A stretch of DNA of 64,000 nt from Candidatus Nanoarchaeia archaeon. Its GTDB lineage: Bacteria; Patescibacteriota; Microgenomatia; Woykebacterales; RBG-16-39-9b. Made by a program: the position numbers and the translations under genes. Under the pieces are notes generated by a model. The model was not told where the DNA came from and ran no database searches. It saw nothing but the letters and a program-made list of their open reading frames with translations. Shown here one piece after another: positions 27,344 through 35,730 of this stretch (position 1 is its first letter; each line of letters opens with the position of its first letter). Location: positions 48,102 through 112,101 of the forward strand of contig DATBWR010000011.1 in the NCBI GenBank assembly GCA_036514715.1, given 5' to 3'.

Positions 27344-28207
27344 CTAGAACCCTAGTTTCGAAGGGTTATTCCTGTGCTGAACCACTTGGAAGGACATGTT
27401 CGCTACCAAACTGTCTGTCTCGATTACATTACCAACACCTTCCGGAAGTTCCCAATCAATACCGAAGTAATAAGTTGTACTTCCAACCATACGTCCGTCT
27501 GATACAATCCCTGGGCTAGCTCCTTGGAGAGCGAAAACGGCAGCTAATCCTTGCCAAATGTTATGCGTTTCACTACCTGCATCAAGTGTACCTTGGGAAA
27601 CTAGCTCTGGTTCTTCTGCCTGTTTAATGTTGTCACCTTCTTGTGGGTCAGCACCACATTCAGCACCTAACCCTGAACACTGGAACCCATTGTTAGTTCC
27701 TTCATCTAACCAAATGCTGAACAGAAGATTTTCACGTAATTCCCCACTTGCTACTCCGTCAGGATCGCCTGCTTCCAATTCCTCTTGAAGGTAGGTGTTC
27801 TCTAGATCTTGAACACTGTTAATCACTAATCTTCCCCAAGCGTCGTTGTTAATAACGTGGAGACTGATTGTATTCTCACCACTATCACCAGGCTTGAGGT
27901 CGGAAAGATTGAAGAATTTGTGTGTTGGACCCAAGTCTGTTTGTGCCCAAGTACCGTCACAAGGATCACCCACCAAATCTGGTCGACTTGAACTTGTAGC
28001 TTCAAACTGCCATTGACTACTGGAATTACAGACTAATCCTGCGTAGTGGGCCTCGCTGTCAACCTTTAAGTCAAGACCTCCGGCCGAAAACGTGTTGCCA
28101 GTTGAAGTTTCACTATCGGTGAAGAAGGCGAAGGTGGCACCGATTAAGAGGGCTGCGGCGGCCGCGATCGTCAGACCGCTTGTTACCAATCTTTTGTTGA
28201 TTGTCAT
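27344..28207 (-). CDS. TasA/camelysin-like secreted protein with SipW-cognate class signal peptide
   Basis: 'KRLVTSGLTIAAAAALLIGATFAFFTDSETSTGNTFSAGGLDLKV' matches the SipW-cognate signal consensus (..GTFAyFSDtE.StgNtFtAGtLDL). Confidence 0.75.
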   Translation of the reverse strand: MTINKRLVTSGLTIAAAAALLIGATFAFFTDSETSTGNTFSAGGLDLKVDSEAHYAGLVCNSSSQWQFEATSSSRPDLVGDPCDGTWAQTDLGPTHKFFNLSDLKPGDSGENTISLHVINNDAWGRLVINSVQDLENTYLQEELEAGDPDGVASGELRENLLFSIWLDEGTNNGFQCSGLGAECGADPQEGDNIKQAEEPELVSQGTLDAGSETHNIWQGLAAVFALQGASPGIVSDGRMVGSTTYYFGIDWELPEGVGNVIETDSLVANMSFQVVQHRNNPSKLGF

Positions 28208-28239
28208 TTATTTATTCACCTCCTCTCATATGATCTATA

Positions 28240-28273
28240 ATCACTATAGGTGTACACCTCGGAGGTGTACATT
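28240..28273 (-). promoter_or_regulatory. conserved palindromic upstream motif, copy 2 (GGTGTACACCTC-G-GAGGTGTACA)
   Basis: atcactataggtgtacacctcggaggtgtacatt, about 35-65 nt upstream of the 28207 start. Perfect 10-bp inverted repeat TGTACACCTC/GAGGTGTACA. Confidence 0.45.
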
Positions 28274-28591
28274 CTATTGTAAGGGTTAATAATAGATCGC
28301 TAAAGCGTTCTGCGCTTGAAGACAAGCTTAAGTATGAAGTCATAAGTTAAAACGATTAGAACCCTGTTTTGTTATCTTTTTGGCAACAAAAAAGCCACGC
28401 GTGAGGCGTAGCCAACAGAAAAAAGCTTAGAATGTTTCGGGGCGAGGAACCTGAACAAAACAACTCCAATTCTCGGGCAAGAATTTATATTGTTTTATAT
28501 GGGGCAGAACCGTATGCAGTATACCTTAACCCCAAGCTTGGGTGTCAATTAGATCTAACTAGATCAAATTACTTGCCATATCAATCAGCAA

Positions 28592-28620
28592 CCAAGCGGG
28601 TCTGAGTTTAATTATTTTGG
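28592..28620. repeat. 29-bp direct repeat, copy A (flanks the TA cassette)
   Basis: aagcgggtctgagtttaattattttggaa, identical to 29151-29179. Further partial similarity (attaattagg.ttatg.gg) about 20 nt downstream in both copies. Confidence 0.6.
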
Positions 28621-28664
28621 AAGGTTAAGCCGTGGAAACTATTAATTAGGTTATGAGGTTGCGA

Positions 28665-28871
28665 TTAGCTAGTTTGAGTTTCGAAGAAATGTAGGGTTTT
28701 GGAGGGAACTCGATCTTTAACACCGATAATTTCAATTCCAAGCGGACGCCCGTCTTTGTCATAATCAACAAAAACTTCGTCTGAAAGTTCTTTAGTTTCA
28801 GCTACAGACGTCTTTTTATCAGTTAAATAGATGTAGGCTGCGTCAGCTTTTGGGTCGTAACGAACGTTCAT
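28665..28871 (-). CDS. DUF2283-family protein (putative antitoxin)
   Basis: 'MNVRYDPKADAAYIYLTD..VDYDKDGRPLGIEII' matches the DUF2283 core 'YD.eaDalYI.l....DyD.dGrlvGIEil'. Confidence 0.7.
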   Translation of the reverse strand: MNVRYDPKADAAYIYLTDKKTSVAETKELSDEVFVDYDKDGRPLGIEIIGVKDRVPSKTLHFFETQTS

Positions 28872-28873
28872 AG

Positions 28874-29137
28874 TTATTGAGTCCTTTTCAACTTACTAAT
28901 CCAGTGAGCAGTGATAACGATTATACCACTTTCTTTTTTGGTAAACACTATTTTTAAAAATCTACCGTCAAACTTCCTTATCGCAATTTGACGACCGCCT
29001 CTTGCTGGCAGAATAAGGTCTGGGCTTTCTACAGTTTCTGCAACCTGATCCCTAGTAATATTTCTTTCCTTAAGTCTAAGTTCTGCGTGTTCGGTAAGCT
29101 TAACCACAGGAAAATTGTAACATAAAAGAAAACCCAC
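28874..29137 (-). CDS. DUF4258-family protein (putative toxin)
   Basis: 'LTEHAELRLKERNITRDQV..VE..........R.......LKIVF.....IIVITAHW' matches the DUF4258 pattern. Sits 3 nt upstream of the DUF2283 gene. Confidence 0.7.
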   Translation of the reverse strand: MGFLLCYNFPVVKLTEHAELRLKERNITRDQVAETVESPDLILPARGGRQIAIRKFDGRFLKIVFTKKESGIIVITAHWISKLKRTQ

Positions 29138-29150
29138 ACTTTTAAAAGAA

Positions 29151-29179
29151 GCGGGTCTGAGTTTAATTATTTTGGAAAA
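29151..29179. repeat. 29-bp direct repeat, copy B
   Basis: Identical to 28592-28620. Confidence 0.6.
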
Positions 29180-29265
29180 ATAAACCTTAGCAGAGATTAA
29201 TTAGGCTTATGGGGGTTAATCTGCTCATCTCGTTTGTCAAAAACTTTAACAAACGAGTGAAAAGA

Positions 29266-30297
29266 TTAGTAAACCCTTTCTTTTCTATTACGGAAAACCC
29301 ACATCAGAATTCCCAGTCCAATCAAGAGCAAAATAGGCAACCAAATAAGATTGTCCATGAAGTTAGTGACTGCACCAAGAACTTGGCCACTGGCAGCTCC
29401 TTGCGCACCAGTTAAGCCGATTGGGCCTTGTTCACCGATTGCACCAGTTTCTCCAGTTTCACCTAGAGAACCCTGTTCACCGGCAAGTCCTTGCGGACCG
29501 GTCAGTCCGATTGAACCCTGCGGTCCAGTCAAACCAGTCAGACCTTGCAAGCCTTGCTCACCAGTGTCTCCAATTTCACCTTGGATACCTTGGATCCCCT
29601 GAATACCCTGTATTCCGGGGTTTCCTTGCGCACCTTCAGGACCGGTTAAGCCGATTGGCCCTTGTGGCCCAGTCAACCCAATCACTCCTTGCAGACCTTG
29701 AGGACCAATTTCACCCTGAGGGCCAGTCAATCCGACCGGTCCTTGCAGACCAGTTAGACCCTGAGGTCCTTGGTCACCTTGAATACCCTGTACTCCAGGG
29801 TTTCCCTGTGCACCATCAGCTCCAGTCAACCCAATCGGTCCCTGTGGACCGGTTAAGCCAATTGGGCCTTGTGGACCAGCAGGTCCCTGTGGACCGGTAG
29901 CACCAACCTGGCAAGCACTAACTGTGAAAGCCCAGCTGTTAGTAGCTCCCAGATCACTGTGACCCGTACTGTGTCCATCCAGCTGCTGACTTCCACCTTC
30001 AGGATCATCATAGATAGTAGCAACTACTGTGTGGTTTCCCACAGAAACAGCTACGGGAGCAGGAGTTGACCAGAAAGTAGGTTCATCGTGGCGGTGAACA
30101 ATTGTCACACCGTCCAAAGTAACCACTAAATGGTCTGAAGTTTCATCATAATCAGCTGCACCGTAGAAAGTTAAGTTTTGAGGACCGCAACCAACACCAA
30201 TTCCAAAGACGCTGGCGCTTTCGGCCAAAACAGCGGAAGGACTAGCCAAAAAGGCTAAAGAAAGAATAATTCCAAGAAATTTTTTCAATTTGTTCAC
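29266..30297 (-). CDS. collagen-like triple-helix repeat protein with signal peptide and C-terminal TM anchor
   Basis: About 65 consecutive G-X-Y triplets ([19 protein letters not shown]...), N-terminal signal peptide, C-terminal '[23 protein letters not shown]'. Confidence 0.8.
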   Translation of the reverse strand: MNKLKKFLGIILSLAFLASPSAVLAESASVFGIGVGCGPQNLTFYGAADYDETSDHLVVTLDGVTIVHRHDEPTFWSTPAPVAVSVGNHTVVATIYDDPEGGSQQLDGHSTGHSDLGATNSWAFTVSACQVGATGPQGPAGPQGPIGLTGPQGPIGLTGADGAQGNPGVQGIQGDQGPQGLTGLQGPVGLTGPQGEIGPQGLQGVIGLTGPQGPIGLTGPEGAQGNPGIQGIQGIQGIQGEIGDTGEQGLQGLTGLTGPQGSIGLTGPQGLAGEQGSLGETGETGAIGEQGPIGLTGAQGAASGQVLGAVTNFMDNLIWLPILLLIGLGILMWVFRNRKERVY

Positions 30298-30476
30298 CCC
30301 CTTCGCTTAAGACTAAAAATAATAATATCTTGGTAACCTATAACTTTATGTTATATCTACTACTTTTTACTACAAATCAAGAAGATTGTCAAGTACAACT
30401 AAAATTAATTATGAACTTATAGTTCTACAATTTAGGTGAAATTTAACTAGTTATGGAAGATAAAAGCCAGAGGCGT

Positions 30477-31703
30477 TTAAAGACTACTAGTGTTGAGGAC
30501 TGGTTCGGGATGGCGGCCGGAAGGGTCGGTGTGGCCGGCTCCCAGTGGCTCGGCAACAGAGATAAGAGCGTTGCGCACTTGGATCCAAGTTGCCCCGGGG
30601 TTAGTTTTTAAGTAAAGTGCAGCCGCTCCAGCCACGTGGGGTGTGGCCATGCTTGTACCACTGATCGTTGCGTAAGAACTTCCTCGCCAAGTTGAATAAA
30701 TGTTAACTCCTGGAGCAGCGATATCAACCGCACTTCCATAGTTGGAAAACGAAGCAAAGGTATCATCGGCTCCGTAACTAGTTGGGATACCAACTCCACT
30801 GCTAGCACCATCAGAATCCGCCAGTGCCGAAACAGTAATGACGCTGTCATCGTAGGCAGCTGGTACGAAATTGGCAGCGTTAGCACTGCTGTTGCCAGTG
30901 GCAACCACCACAGTGATACCAGCGTCCCTCACCCGACAAATTGCTAGGTGCAACGCGTCAAAGTTGCTATTTCCACAATTATTATCACTTGTTCCTCCAC
31001 CGGCTAAACTCATGTTCATTACCTTAATGTTATAAGTAGCCGCATTAGCAACAACCCAATCAAGTCCACAAATTACCCCGGACCAAGTACCATTACCGCG
31101 GCGATCCAAAACTTTGACGGCGATCAATTTAGCCTGAGACGCTACCCCAACCACACCAGCTGTGTTGTCCAAAGCGGCAATTGTGCCAGCAACATGAGTG
31201 CCATGGCCATTATCGTCATTGGCATTGGAAGTTCTTTTCACGCAAGTCTTGTTGGCGATAATATTGGCCGCCAAATCCGGATGCGATAACTGAATACCAG
31301 TATCCACCACCGCCACTCCCACACCATTTGCCTCATTGGTGTTTATATCAGCTTCAACACGGTTAATTCCAGTTGGCAGGGTTTGTACTGCTGTACCGCT
31401 TAAATGGTTGGCAACACTAACTTCGCGATCTTCGGAAACAAATTTAACTCTTTTGTCCCTCCTCACCCTCTCCAGTTGGTTGGAATTAAACTTGGCTTTA
31501 TAACCTCTAACGCTTTGGTGATACCTTTCTTCGGCGGAAAACTGTCCTTCAGAGGACATTTGGTCCGTAGCCAACTCAACCTCGACATTATCTTTCAAGA
31601 CTACAATATAATCACGCGGTGGGCCTTCTTTGCGAGCTTGGGCGACAGTAAAGGAGACAATCAGTAGTAGCAGAGGTAGCACGATGAGGATTAGCTTTCT
31701 CAT
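30477..31703 (-). CDS. subtilisin-like serine protease (S8) with signal peptide and I9 propeptide
   Basis: Catalytic triad motifs 'VAVVDTGI' (Asp), 'HGTHVAGTIAA' (His) and 'GTSMATPHVAGAAAL' (Ser). Confidence 0.9.
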   Translation of the reverse strand: MRKLILIVLPLLLLIVSFTVAQARKEGPPRDYIVVLKDNVEVELATDQMSSEGQFSAEERYHQSVRGYKAKFNSNQLERVRRDKRVKFVSEDREVSVANHLSGTAVQTLPTGINRVEADINTNEANGVGVAVVDTGIQLSHPDLAANIIANKTCVKRTSNANDDNGHGTHVAGTIAALDNTAGVVGVASQAKLIAVKVLDRRGNGTWSGVICGLDWVVANAATYNIKVMNMSLAGGGTSDNNCGNSNFDALHLAICRVRDAGITVVVATGNSSANAANFVPAAYDDSVITVSALADSDGASSGVGIPTSYGADDTFASFSNYGSAVDIAAPGVNIYSTWRGSSYATISGTSMATPHVAGAAALYLKTNPGATWIQVRNALISVAEPLGAGHTDPSGRHPEPVLNTSSL

Positions 31704-31832
31704 ACTGAAGTAAAGTTTAGCACTAAATTAATACTAGGTCAAGAAAATCCCTCTTATTAAGAGGTTTAATCAGTGAGAAAAAGTTTTGAAGCTAAAAAAG
31801 ATTAGAAAATTACTGGAGGATTTAAAAGCGAT

Positions 31833-31866
31833 TAAAAAAGGCCTAACAAAAACCGGCCTTTTTGTT
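31833..31866. terminator. bidirectional hairpin terminator inside a 630-bp non-coding gap
   Basis: AAAAAAGGCC-taacaaaaacc-GGCCTTTTTGTTT. Confidence 0.45.
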
Positions 31867-32334
31867 TAGCACTTATGCTTGACAAAGCGCTAAATTTTAG
31901 ATGCGTAAAAAGGTTAACTTTTGTGTATTTTTGGGGAAAAGTAAGGGATTTATGCCACTAAAAATCGTCTCGATAAATTATTGAAAAATTGTCAATAATT
32001 TATTGTCCATTTAAAATGGTCAACGACTTTATATAATCTAACTTCTTTCTTTAAAGAAGCAGGGTTATGACCAAAATATACGCTTTGAACTTGAAATCTG
32101 TCAAGTACCTTTTTTGGGAGAGTTAAAAAGCACAACTTCCTCTTGTGGAGGAAGTTAGTGTTCTGAAAGGCTTTTTAGTTGGATTATGTCAGCTTTTCCC
32201 CCTTGCGGAGAGAAAAGCGATCTGCTGTCCAGATAGTTACACATTAAAGAAAGAAAGGGTGTTTGTCAACTCTAACAAAAGGGGTATAAAGGGCTCAAAG
32301 TAGTTAATTTGAAGCTAAAAAAGTTATAATTTTA

Positions 32335-34146
32335 TCACTTTTCCCAGCAATCGGAAATGTGGATGTCAACTTTAACCGGTACTAACCTCAGGAGCTTTTT
32401 GCCAGCTAGCACCATTTTCTCTTCGACAATTTTGGCAACTGACTCAGCCAGGTCGTCTCTGGCCTCAACCACAATTTCATCGTGAACAGTGTGGATTAAA
32501 TGCGCAGCCAGTTTGTCTTTCTTAATCGCATCGTGAATAAACACCAGAGCGTACTTGGTAATATCCGCACTTGTCCCCTGAATTGGCGTGTTTTTGCCTT
32601 GCCTCTCCACAGCACCGATGAGTTTCTGATAATCTGGATCAGCTTTATCCGGCATGATAAAACTGCGTTTACGACCACCAAGAGTACGCACGTAACCGTA
32701 ACGAAGGGCGTCCCGACCCATGTTGTCGAGCCAACGTTTAACTTTTTTGTAAGCGGAAAAATAAACGTCCAAAAGTTTTTTTGATTCTTCCACTGACAAA
32801 CCGATTTGCAAACCCAAAGAAGTGGCTCCCCGACCGTACATCAAACCAAAGTTAATGGATTTAGCTTGAAAACGCTTGTCTTTATCAACTTTCTCAATAG
32901 GGATGCGAAACATTTGACTGGCAGTCAGGGTGTGCAAGTCCACGTCATCCTTAAAAGCTTTCAAGAAGGCCGGGTCCTGGCTAACTTCAGCCATAATTCT
33001 CAGTTCAATTTGGGAGTAATCAGCGGTGATCAACTTATAGCCGGGGCTGGCAATAAAACAGCTACGGAAACCACTTTCAGCCGGTATCTGCTGCAAATTA
33101 GGGTTGTTGCAGGCAAAACGGCCTGTGTCAGCTCCCAACTGCAAGAAATCTGGGTGAAGCCGGTTATCCAAGGGGTGGATTTTTTCTAAAATGGTGTCCC
33201 CAAAAGCAGTGATCATTTTTTCAAAACCACGGTATTCGAGCATTTTTTTAGCCAGAGGGTGGTCAATTTTAGAGAGAGTGGCCTCCGAAGTATTAGGCAG
33301 TTCCAACCCAAGTTTTTTGAAAGCTTCCAGGAGCTGGAGAGGGCTGTCCAAATTGATATTGTCAGCTTCGTTACCGAACAAATCAACTTGATTAAACTCG
33401 ATTAAATGAGAGAGTTCCTTCTGAATCTCGTGGTTAATAAGGTTGCGTTTTTCCTGTAGCTCTGCTATGTGAGCTTTCCATTTCTCCCGATCAATCAGCG
33501 AGCCTCTTAGCTCCATTTCCGCCACTACTTCCACCACCGCAAATTCAAGACGGGCTGTTTCAATGAGCTCATCTTCCTTGAGGATCTCAAACTGCTTACG
33601 GAAAATCTCATGCAGAACAATTGCATCGCGTGCAGCGTAATCCAGCTGTTCTTTGGTGAAAATTCCCCTTAGTGCCGGGCTGGCCGGATCTGTAAAGGTG
33701 TCGCGGATAGTTTTATCAATTTTCAGCCCCAAGTATTTATCCGCCAAGCTTCTTAAGGAAATATCCCTCGAAATACCGCAAGTGATCACTCTTTCGGCAA
33801 GCATAGTGTCGTAAAGGTTACCAAGCCGTATCCCAGCCTGAGCTTTGAGAAGGGAGTAGTCAAATTTGGCGTTTTGGGCGATTTTTAAGGGCCGGTCAGC
33901 TTCCAGTAGGATTTTCAGAGGTGAAAGATCTACTTTTTGGCACTCAATTACCCAAGCTCGATCTTTGGTAGCGATTTGCAGCAAAAAAAGCTTGGCAGTC
34001 AGAGGATCAAGTTTATTACCTTCAGTATCCAAGCTAATAGTCTGCTGCCTTTCCAGTTCGGGGATGATTTTGGAGAGATCTTCGTCAGAACTGATCAGTT
34101 GGTAGTCAAGCTCTTGAGTTGTTTGGGTTTGGGTTTCAGGGTTCAT
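32335..34146 (-). CDS. polA: DNA polymerase I (family A), lacking the 5'-nuclease domain
   Basis: Motif B 'RFQAKSINFGLMYG', motif C 'LIHTVHDEIVVEA', and an N-terminal 3'-5' exo-like region. 603 aa. Confidence 0.9.
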   Translation of the reverse strand: MNPETQTQTTQELDYQLISSDEDLSKIIPELERQQTISLDTEGNKLDPLTAKLFLLQIATKDRAWVIECQKVDLSPLKILLEADRPLKIAQNAKFDYSLLKAQAGIRLGNLYDTMLAERVITCGISRDISLRSLADKYLGLKIDKTIRDTFTDPASPALRGIFTKEQLDYAARDAIVLHEIFRKQFEILKEDELIETARLEFAVVEVVAEMELRGSLIDREKWKAHIAELQEKRNLINHEIQKELSHLIEFNQVDLFGNEADNINLDSPLQLLEAFKKLGLELPNTSEATLSKIDHPLAKKMLEYRGFEKMITAFGDTILEKIHPLDNRLHPDFLQLGADTGRFACNNPNLQQIPAESGFRSCFIASPGYKLITADYSQIELRIMAEVSQDPAFLKAFKDDVDLHTLTASQMFRIPIEKVDKDKRFQAKSINFGLMYGRGATSLGLQIGLSVEESKKLLDVYFSAYKKVKRWLDNMGRDALRYGYVRTLGGRKRSFIMPDKADPDYQKLIGAVERQGKNTPIQGTSADITKYALVFIHDAIKKDKLAAHLIHTVHDEIVVEARDDLAESVAKIVEEKMVLAGKKLLRLVPVKVDIHISDCWEK

Positions 34147-35618
34147 TAAACTGTTTTCAATTTCTTTTTTAAAACTTCTCTGACAGTAGTCGGATTAGCA
34201 GTACCGGCTGCTTTGCGCATCACTTGCCCCAGCAAAAAATCAAAAGAAATTTCTTTGCCTGAGCGGTAATCAGCTACTGCTTTGGTATTTTCAGTTAGGG
34301 CTGCCTCTACCAAAGTTTCGATTTTACTTTCATCAGAAACCTGACGCAAGCCTAAAGTCTCAATTACCTTAGTGGGCATTTCGCCGCTTTCTAAAACTTT
34401 AGCGAAAACTTTTTTTGCCGCTTGACTAGAAAGCTCGCCTCGGTCTAGGAGTAAAAGCAGCTCGGCTAAGTGGGCTGGTTCGGCCTTCACGGCAGACACC
34501 ACAACTAGTTTCTCGTTTAAGTAGCGGCTAAGTTCATTAGTAACCCAATTAGCCACTTTTTTAGCTTTTGACGAGCGGCTTTGGTCGGCGGCAGCACTTT
34601 CGGTTTTAGTATACACTTTCAAGGCCTCTTCAAACCAGTCGGCAACCTCTTTTTCTTCAGCTAAAATTTTTGCTTCTGTCAAACTTATCTCATAATTTTC
34701 CTGAAAGCGTTTTATTTTGGCATCTGGAAGCTCTGTAAGCGCCTCTCTGAGTTTTTTTACCTCCTCTCCACTTATCTCCAAGGGCGGCAGATCTGGATCG
34801 GGAAAATAACGGTAGTCCGGAGAAGTTTCTTTGGTCCTCTGCGCCACTGTCTCACCTCTGCTTTCTACCCAACCGCGAGTTTCTTGGACGATTTTGCCAC
34901 CTTCCCCAAGCACTTTAGCTTGGCGGCTAATCTCAAAAACAAGAGCTTTTTCCAAAAAATTAAAGGAGTTGATATTCTTAATCTCAACCTTAGTTCCCAG
35001 TTGTCTTTCGCCTTTTGGTTTCAGAGAGACATTGGCATCAAAGCGCATACCGGCTTTTTCCATGTCCGCATCAGCTACTTCCAGGTAGCGGGCAATTTGG
35101 TGAATTTTCTTGGCATAGGCTCGCGCTTCCTGGGGCGAATTTATATCCGGCTCAGAAACAATCTCCAGAAGCGGCACACCGGAGCGGTTAAAGTCAATTA
35201 AACTCACCCTCTGTCCGTCAATTTCTGCGTGTACTAATTTACCGGTATCCTCTTCCATATGGGCTCTGGTTATGTGGATTTTCTTCTCCCCAACCGTCAC
35301 AAAGCCGTTTTTGGCAATGGGGTTATCAAACTGGGAAATTTGGTAGCCTTTGGGAAGATCCGGATAAAAATAGCTTTTACGGTCAAATTTATTTTGCAAA
35401 CTTATTTGGCAGTTTAAGGCTAAACCAACTTTGAGAGCGTTTTCAATTGCTTTTTTATTGACTTTCGGCAGGGCTCCGGGCAAGCCCAAACACACTGGAC
35501 AAACGTGGCCATTAGGTTCGGACCCAAAATAAACGCTGCTACTAGGGCAAAACATTTTGCTTTTAGTTTTGAGCTGCAGGTGAATTTCTAAACCAATAAC
35601 AATGTCGTATTCTTTCAT
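34146..35618 (-). CDS. gatB: Asp-tRNA(Asn)/Glu-tRNA(Gln) amidotransferase subunit B
   Basis: Full-length GatB homology, including the N-terminal 'YDIVIGLEIHLQL' and the C-terminal YqeY-like tail. Confidence 0.9.
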   Translation of the reverse strand: MKEYDIVIGLEIHLQLKTKSKMFCPSSSVYFGSEPNGHVCPVCLGLPGALPKVNKKAIENALKVGLALNCQISLQNKFDRKSYFYPDLPKGYQISQFDNPIAKNGFVTVGEKKIHITRAHMEEDTGKLVHAEIDGQRVSLIDFNRSGVPLLEIVSEPDINSPQEARAYAKKIHQIARYLEVADADMEKAGMRFDANVSLKPKGERQLGTKVEIKNINSFNFLEKALVFEISRQAKVLGEGGKIVQETRGWVESRGETVAQRTKETSPDYRYFPDPDLPPLEISGEEVKKLREALTELPDAKIKRFQENYEISLTEAKILAEEKEVADWFEEALKVYTKTESAAADQSRSSKAKKVANWVTNELSRYLNEKLVVVSAVKAEPAHLAELLLLLDRGELSSQAAKKVFAKVLESGEMPTKVIETLGLRQVSDESKIETLVEAALTENTKAVADYRSGKEISFDFLLGQVMRKAAGTANPTTVREVLKKKLKTV

Positions 35619-35630
35619 AGTTATAATTAA

Positions 35631-35730
35631 GTCCCTTGTAGCGGGTCCTGTCGGGCTTTACCCCGCTCCGACGTCCTCAAGGTAAACTCTGCGGGCGCTC
35701 GAGCGGGGACCCCACGCCCGCCACCCGCTT
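35631..35730. other. GC-rich structured intergenic element (nested GCGGG/CCCGC stem-loops) in an AT-rich context
   Basis: agcgggtcctgtcgggctttaccccgct and gcgggcgctcgagcggggaccccacgcccgc hairpins, between gatB and the inserted small gene. Confidence 0.35.

Noticed and set aside
29209-29415. 68-aa plus-strand ORF starting inside direct-repeat copy B and overlapping the collagen-like gene.
   Set aside because: It is antisense to the C-terminus of a strongly supported gene. The short Gln/Asn-rich product is unconvincing.
24910-30297. CRISPR-like periodicity in the GGxGNDxIx and GPQ/GLT repeat regions.
   Set aside because: The periodicity is 27-nt or 9-nt in-frame coding repeats inside long ORFs. 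No non-coding repeat-spacer array and no cas genes were seen.
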